NCBI GenBank assembly: GCA_965248265.1
Contig: CBDFJF010000001.1
Span: 3,040,001 to 3,104,000, forward strand
Length of the DNA stretch: 64,000 bases
Reading direction: 5' to 3'
DNA from: Candidatus Latescibacterota bacterium
GTDB taxonomy: Bacteria; Latescibacterota; UBA2968; UBA8231
In this document: piece by piece, positions 58,154-64,000 of the stretch
How the letters are laid out: every line of letters starts with the position of its first letter
Position numbering within the stretch: position 1 is the stretch's first letter
Translations under genes and position numbers: made by a program
The notes under the pieces: generated by a model
What the model was told of the DNA's origin: nothing
Database searches by the model: none
What the model saw: only the letters and a program-made list of their open reading frames with translations

Positions 58154-59336
58154 TTGAACCGACCCTCGATTGACCTCGGCCTGCTGGTCGTATCCGAGGC
58201 CATGAATCGGACCAGTACGCTCATCGTCCTGGCTGCGTTGGCGCTGGCAAGTCGCCAACTCGGACCGCCGGCCGCTCTCACCACCTTGCCCGTGGCGTTA
58301 TTGATGGTTGCCACGATGGTGACGACGGTGCCTGCCGCTCATCTGATGAGGCGTTGGGGGAGAAAGCCAGGCTTCCTGCTCGGGGCTGGCCTGGGTGTGG
58401 CCGGAGCGGGTGTCTGCACGGCAGCACTTCTGCAGAGTCACTTCGTGTCGCTGTGCATGGGCGCCTTCATCCTTGGCGGGGTGAACGGATTCGCCACCTA
58501 CTACCGCTTCGCAGCCGCCGAGACGGCAGCCGACGACGCCAAGCGCAGGAGCAAGGCGATTTCCCTGGTCATGGCCGGTGGCATCGTCGGGGCCCTGCTC
58601 GGGTCCTATCTATCGACCTACTTCAAGGATTGGATCCCGGATCATCCCTTCGCCGGCAGCTTCATCTGCGTCGGCGCGGTGCAGCTATTGGTGCTGATCA
58701 CGCTGTCGTTCGTGTCGCTGCCAAAGGCGTCCACGTCCGTGTCAGAATCTTCTGGCCGGTCGCTGCGGGAGCTTGCCCGACAGCCCTACCTGTTGATCGC
58801 CGTCCTCGGCGCCGTGACCAGCTGGAGCTTGATGTCCTTGCTCATGCATGCCACTCCGCTGGCCATGGCGCGCGTCGAGCACTCCTTCGCCGACACCACG
58901 CAAGTCATCATGTGGCACGCCCTTGGCATGTACGGGCCCTCTTTCGTCACCGGCCACCTCATCGCTCGCTTTGGCGAAATGAAATTGATGGTGAGCGGTT
59001 TTGTCCTCATCGGGGCCGCTGCCTCGATCAATCTCGGCGGCACCAGCTATATCTACTTCTTGAGTGGACTGACCGTGCTGGGGCTTGGGTGGAACTTCCT
59101 CTTCGTGAGCTCGACGTCTTTGCTAACCGCGACCTACACTCAAGGAGAAGGTGCGAAGGTGCAGTCAGCCAATGACTTCTCCATCTTCGCCGTGTGGGCT
59201 TGGCGACGGGCCCACTCGGCACCACGTGGGTTGGGACGGGATCAACCGCCTGGCTCTGGTCATCCTTGGTGTGGCGTGTGTGAGTTGTGTCGTGCTGCGC
59301 CTGAGGGCACGGGGACCATTGACGATCAGTCAGTGA
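58154..59336 (+). pseudogene. MFS transporter with frameshifts before the last TM helix
   Basis: WGRKPGF, YRFAAAE, WHALGMYGPSFVTG and LGLGWNF; the C-terminus continues in two other frames (GLATGPL, then HHVGWDGINRLAL). Confidence 0.75.
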
Positions 59337-61692
59337 CCCAAAATCCGGACACGGCTTGGCGGATCTGGGCAGCGCTGTCGACGCGTTCGACAGCGCCCCA
59401 GTGTGCGGGGAAAAGCTCGAGGTAGGAAGGCTGCGCGAAGCGGCGGTCGACGAGGACGATGACTCCACGATCCTCAGCTGAGCGAATGACCCGGCCGGCC
59501 GCCTGCAGTACTCGATTCATTCCCGGAAAAGCGTAGCCGTAGGAGAACCCGGAGATTCCCTTCTCGTCGTAGTAGCCCCGAATGAGGTCGCGCTCCAGGC
59601 AGATCTGCGGCAAGCCGACGCCGACGATGATGGCACCGACCAGACGCTCGCCCATCAGATCGATGCCCTCCCCGAAGATGCCGCCCATGACCGCGAAGCC
59701 GATGACGGTGTGCTGGTTGTCGGCGGCGAACAATTCTAGAAAGTCCGCCTTCTGAGACTCAGACATACGGCTGTGTTGGGATACCGTACTCACATCAGGT
59801 CGCAGAGTCTGGAAGCGCGCGTAGACTTCCTCCAGGTACTTGTAGGATGGGAAGTACGCCATGTAATTACCCGTCTTCGATTCAGTGGCGGCCGCGATGG
59901 AGGCGGCGACCTCGTCGTAGAACAGGTGACGCTGGCGGTAGGTTGTGTCGACGTGCTCGGCGAGGATGACCTTTACGTTGTGGGTAGGGAAGGGAGAGGG
60001 CAGCGCCAGGTTGAAATCACTCAACTCGCCGCCCAGCAGATCCCGGTAGTAGTCGATCGGTGCCAGCGTGGCAGAGAAGAACGCCGAGGCGACACCCCGC
60101 TTGAGCGCCTGCCGAATTTGATCCGATGGATCGAGGCAGTACAGGCGCAGTCTCAGGTCGCGGCTCAATTTTTCCGCGTAGGTGACGTAGTGCTCGTCAA
60201 ACAGCTCGGCCACGCGGAGGAATCCGAAGGCGGCGAAGTACAACTCCCTGAGTGGGTCGGCTGCATCAGCTGACAGCTTCGACGACAACACGGGCTCTGC
60301 TTCATCGAGAAACCGCTGGAGCAACGGCAGCAATTCGGCCGGTAATTCCCGCTCGAGCAGCGACTCCCCATCCCCTTCTGTTTCGCAGCGACGCTGCTGA
60401 GCCAGCAGGTAGCGGTTGAGATTCCCGAGGATTCGCTTGAGCGTCGAGTGACCCTCTGCCAGGGCCTTCGACGCTCGCAGCACGCCTGATTTGTGCAACT
60501 CGGCCGAGTACATCTCCCTGGCTCGATCGACCAGGTTGTGGGCCTCGTCAATGAGGAAGGCGTAGACTCCTCCCCCCTCAGCGAAGTAGCGTTTCAGGTA
60601 CACCCGGGGATCGAAAACGTAGTTGTAGTCACAGATGATGCTGTCGCAGTGCTCGGAGATGTCCAGGGACAGCTCGAACGGACACACCTGGTGCCGCCGC
60701 GCCACGTCTTCAACAACTGGGCGTGTCAACGCATCGTGGTGAAACAGGTCTTCGAGTGCGTCGTTGAGCCGATCGTAATAGCCTATGGCGAATTCGCAGG
60801 TTTCCTGATCGCACGGCTGCCCACCGCGGGCGTTGAAACAGACTCGGTCGCGGGCCGTCAGGGTGAGACTCTTGATCTTGAGTCCGCCGGTGCGCAGATC
60901 GTCGAAAGCCTTTTCGGCGGCGATGCGTCCGCTCGTCTTCGCGGTCAGGAAGAACACCTTCTCGATGCGGCGCTTCCCCAACGCCCTTGCCGCTGGAAAC
61001 AGGACTGAGATGGTCTTGCCGATTCCGGTTGGTGCCTGGGCATAGAGGGTGCCGCCTGCATCGATGGTCTCGCCCACGGTGGTTTGCAGCTCCTGCTGGC
61101 CCTCCCGCATCGAGGGGAAAGGGAAGCGGAGGGATTCGACCGAGCGGTCGCGCTCCTGACACCAGGAGTGGTAGGCGTTTGTCCATCTGAGATAACGGGC
61201 GATAACCAGATCGAAAAACGAAGCCAACTCTTCCAATTTGAAATCCCTGCGATCTTCAACCAAAGCTCCGGTGCCAAGTTGGACGTAGGTAAGCTGGATC
61301 TGGACTACTTTGAGTTGGCCCTGAACTCCGAGGATGTAGGCGTAGATTTTTGCCTGCGCCCAGTGCACGGGATTGTCCTTGCGGGCGGGATCCGGTGCCC
61401 GTGAAGTGCTCTTGATTTCCTCGATGAGCAGATCGTTACCGCGGCGCACCAGTCCATCCACGCGTCCACTGATCTCGAGCGAGAGGGGCTCACCTTCGTG
61501 CAGGATACTGACGGCGACCTCGGACTCGTAATCTTCCGGGCGGCTGCTCTGGACGAGTTGGTGGGCACGAGTACCGGCTACAGCACGGGCAGCGGATACG
61601 AAGGGTGCAGCGAGGTCTCCCGAGCGGAAGACGAACTCCACTAATTCACGAACTGAGATTTGTATTACTTCAGACAAACGGACGGATTTCAC
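59326..61692 (-). CDS. Rad3/DinG-type FeS DNA helicase with N-terminal PD-(D/E)XK nuclease domain
   Basis: GRVDG...IEEIKS nuclease; APTGIGKT, Cys cluster, DEAHNL, EGID and QAAGRVIR. Confidence 0.9.
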   Translation of the reverse strand: MKSVRLSEVIQISVRELVEFVFRSGDLAAPFVSAARAVAGTRAHQLVQSSRPEDYESEVAVSILHEGEPLSLEISGRVDGLVRRGNDLLIEEIKSTSRAPDPARKDNPVHWAQAKIYAYILGVQGQLKVVQIQLTYVQLGTGALVEDRRDFKLEELASFFDLVIARYLRWTNAYHSWCQERDRSVESLRFPFPSMREGQQELQTTVGETIDAGGTLYAQAPTGIGKTISVLFPAARALGKRRIEKVFFLTAKTSGRIAAEKAFDDLRTGGLKIKSLTLTARDRVCFNARGGQPCDQETCEFAIGYYDRLNDALEDLFHHDALTRPVVEDVARRHQVCPFELSLDISEHCDSIICDYNYVFDPRVYLKRYFAEGGGVYAFLIDEAHNLVDRAREMYSAELHKSGVLRASKALAEGHSTLKRILGNLNRYLLAQQRRCETEGDGESLLERELPAELLPLLQRFLDEAEPVLSSKLSADAADPLRELYFAAFGFLRVAELFDEHYVTYAEKLSRDLRLRLYCLDPSDQIRQALKRGVASAFFSATLAPIDYYRDLLGGELSDFNLALPSPFPTHNVKVILAEHVDTTYRQRHLFYDEVAASIAAATESKTGNYMAYFPSYKYLEEVYARFQTLRPDVSTVSQHSRMSESQKADFLELFAADNQHTVIGFAVMGGIFGEGIDLMGERLVGAIIVGVGLPQICLERDLIRGYYDEKGISGFSYGYAFPGMNRVLQAAGRVIRSAEDRGVIVLVDRRFAQPSYLELFPAHWGAVERVDSAAQIRQAVSGFWVTD

Positions 61693-61788
61693 CGAATTCG
61701 TCGGGAGGTATAAAATGGACCGGTTGAATATAACCGATTAGCTTATCCGCTCCTGACAGGGACAAGACAGCGAAGGGAGCTGGGAGAG

Positions 61789-62679
61789 GTGACGGACACA
61801 TCGACCACGCCGGTGCGCCTTGGGGTCATCGGCGGCTCTGGTGTTTACCAGATGGAAGGGGTAGACATCGTCGGCGAGTATGACATGGAAACCCCTTTTG
61901 GAGCCCCGTCAGATAGGGTCATTCATGCCCGTATCGGTGAGCGCGCCGTGTTCTTCCTGCCGCGCCACGGCAAGGGGCATCGCATCATGCCCTCGCAGAT
62001 CAACTTCAAAGCCAACATTCACGCCCTCAAACAGCTCGACGTGACGCACGTGCTGGCCGTGAGTGCCGTCGGCATCATGAAGGAACACATCAAACCCGGA
62101 GAAATGATGGTGCCCGATCAGCTGTTCGATCGCACCAAGGGCATCCGTCCCTCCACCTTCTTCGGCGATGGTATTGTCGGTCACGTCTCCATGGCGGACC
62201 CGTTCTGCCATGACCTGCGTGAGATCGCCTTGCAGGCAGCGAAGCAGTGCGGGGCAAACGTTCATGATGGGGGCACCTACGTGTGCATGGAGGGCCCCCA
62301 ATTTTCCACGCGAGCCGAATCTCATTTCTACCGTCAAAGCGTCGACGCTTCCGTCATCGGCATGACGGCTGTCCCCGAAGCCATGCTCGCCCGCGAAGCA
62401 GAGATGTGTTACGCGCTGCTGGCCATGGGCACGGACTACGACTGCTGGCACGAGGAGGAAGATGACGTCTCCGTCGAGGCGGTGCTCGAGATCGTGCACA
62501 AGAACGCTGCCCTGGGGAACGATATCGTCAAAGCAGCGGCTGGTCTGCTGCCGGCCGACACGGACTGCGAGTGTCTGCACGCTGCACAGCATGCCGTCAT
62601 CACGGCGCCCGACGCCGTCAGCGACGAGGCCAAGGAGCGCCTGTCACTGCTGTACGGCAAGTACTTCGGTGAAACCTAA
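61789..62679 (+). CDS. mtnP: S-methyl-5'-thioadenosine phosphorylase
   Basis: GVIGGSG, PRHGKGH, EGPQFSTRAES, VIGMT and TDYDCW. Confidence 0.93.
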   Translation: MTDTSTTPVRLGVIGGSGVYQMEGVDIVGEYDMETPFGAPSDRVIHARIGERAVFFLPRHGKGHRIMPSQINFKANIHALKQLDVTHVLAVSAVGIMKEHIKPGEMMVPDQLFDRTKGIRPSTFFGDGIVGHVSMADPFCHDLREIALQAAKQCGANVHDGGTYVCMEGPQFSTRAESHFYRQSVDASVIGMTAVPEAMLAREAEMCYALLAMGTDYDCWHEEEDDVSVEAVLEIVHKNAALGNDIVKAAAGLLPADTDCECLHAAQHAVITAPDAVSDEAKERLSLLYGKYFGET

Positions 62680-63776
62680 TGAAGACGCCGCTGAGGATGG
62701 CGGTCGTCGGTGTTGGGCGCATCGGCATGTACCATGCTCAGCACGCCCAGGAACTGGCTCACTCCCGCCGCGACTGCGAGCTGGTCGCCGTCGTGGACGG
62801 TTTTCCCGGCACGGCACAGCGCGCTCGGGATCAGCTGCAACCCGGCCAGGCCCATGAGATAGTGACCTTCGACGATGTGGATGCTCTGGTTGAGTCTGAA
62901 GTGTGCGATGCCGGCGTTGTTGCCTCACGGACGGTGGATCACCATCGCGACGCGAAGGTACTCGTGAACGCCGGCCTGCGCGTCCTGCTGGAAAAACCGC
63001 TGACACATTCCCTCGAATCCGCCGCCGCCTTCGCCGCGTACCTGAACGACGAACCTCGCAGACAGCGTGCCGTCATGCTCGCCTTCATGCGGCGATTCGA
63101 TCCAGCTCTTCTGCACGCCAAGCTCCTGCTGGAGCAGGGCGCTATCGGCAAGCTCTTCAAATTGGTCTCCATCCTGGAAGATCCTGCAGCCCCGCCCGAA
63201 GGCTACAGCAGTCCCGGCCTGCTCGTCGACATGGCCGTTCACAACGCGGACGAAGTCATGTGGCTTGCCGGAGGACAGCGACCCCAGGCGGTGACGGGTG
63301 CCGGGTCCAGACTGTACAACCAGATGCATACCAGCGTCGTGGAAGACTTTGATGACAGTTTCCTGCAGATGTGGTTCGAAGATGACCTTGCGGCGCAGGT
63401 GCAGGTCAGCCGCAACCACGTGGCCGGTTATCGCAACGAGACCCTCCTCTACGGCGAGACCGGCTTGATTCACGTCGGGGCCTTTCGCGGGAATCCGGGT
63501 AGCGTGACCGTCGAGCACTACGGAGCCGACGGTTTGGTTGATGAGCGCAGCTTCGAAACCCGGGATTACGGCCGGGACGTCCCCGTTTTCATCACCCGCT
63601 TCGGCACGGCCTACGCGGCGGAGCTCGACGACTTCATCGACAAGTGCCTTCAGGACCAGGCCTTCTCCGTCAATCACGACGACGGCCTGCGTGCCATGCA
63701 GGTAGTGACGGATGGCATGGGCTCACAGATAACCCGTGTGCAAGCGGCGCCCGTCGCATGGAAGCCTCCGAGCTAG
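62679..63776 (+). CDS. Gfo/Idh/MocA oxidoreductase (inositol dehydrogenase-like)
   Basis: VGVGRIG, LEKP, AFMRRFDP and DMAVHNAD. Confidence 0.88.
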   Translation: MKTPLRMAVVGVGRIGMYHAQHAQELAHSRRDCELVAVVDGFPGTAQRARDQLQPGQAHEIVTFDDVDALVESEVCDAGVVASRTVDHHRDAKVLVNAGLRVLLEKPLTHSLESAAAFAAYLNDEPRRQRAVMLAFMRRFDPALLHAKLLLEQGAIGKLFKLVSILEDPAAPPEGYSSPGLLVDMAVHNADEVMWLAGGQRPQAVTGAGSRLYNQMHTSVVEDFDDSFLQMWFEDDLAAQVQVSRNHVAGYRNETLLYGETGLIHVGAFRGNPGSVTVEHYGADGLVDERSFETRDYGRDVPVFITRFGTAYAAELDDFIDKCLQDQAFSVNHDDGLRAMQVVTDGMGSQITRVQAAPVAWKPPS

Positions 63777-64000
63777 CCCAGCGCATCCTTTTCGGCGAAA
63801 CCCTCGAAGACAAGCTCGTCGACGGTGGGCGCATCCTGGACCGAAAACCGGGGTTGGCACAATCCACGCCTGATCAACCGGGCCGTCCCTCCGAACTGCG
63901 CCTCGACAGCTGGCACGGGCGCGAGCGCGTGCGCTTTAATGATGTGCGCAAGTTCAACAGCGACAAAGAACGCGGCCTGGTCCTGCATTTTTTCGCCAAC
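63758..64000 (+). CDS. 5' part of a probable DUF455/ferritin-like protein running off the window
   Basis: Open frame MEASELAQRILFGETLEDKL...PGRP...RGLVLHFFAN up to the window edge. Confidence 0.65.
   Translation, partial: MEASELAQRILFGETLEDKLVDGGRILDRKPGLAQSTPDQPGRPSELRLDSWHGRERVRFNDVRKFNSDKERGLVLHFFAN

Noticed and set aside
59326-61692. CRISPR type IV (Csf4/CasDinG) or Cas4-linked defence system
   Set aside because: The nuclease-DinG fusion is a known stand-alone repair helicase type; no array, cas or defence genes are adjacent
63773-63988. 71-aa minus-strand ORF at the window end
   Set aside because: Antisense to a more protein-like plus-strand frame starting at ATG 63758

Overview
High-GC bacterial chromosome segment with about 55 genes, mostly housekeeping or conserved hypothetical: hrpA, an nfeD-nfeD-floA-yqfB-like operon, tRNA-Leu(CAA), a sigma-70 factor, a cold-shock gene, gltA, hpf, pntAA/AB/B, gltBD with a divergent Lrp/AsnC regulator, a GldAFG-like ABC module, DAHP synthase, a DinG/Rad3-type helicase-nuclease and mtnP. 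Exported proteins ending in FlgD-Ig/T9SS-like 'PNPFN' domains, a 'TAVE...SWGxxK' tail and a short RpoD-type sigma suggest an FCB-superphylum candidate lineage such as Latescibacterota (inference only). I saw no CRISPR array, integrase, transposase or prophage gene. The main leads are: (1) a shared T-[AVI]-[VI]-E junction followed either by a full Ig-like C-terminal domain or by a short SWGxxK tail, suggesting two interchangeable sorting signals; (2) an orphan secretin with a long C-terminal extension and a partner lipoprotein, whose signal peptide is cut off by an exact 11-bp tandem duplication; (3) a C25/PorU-like gene eroded by several deletions; (4) a 76-nt near-palindrome carrying mirror-image -10 boxes; (5) DnaA boxes around the sigma promoter; (6) genes or starts missed by the ORF track. 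Family calls come from motif recognition, not database searches.
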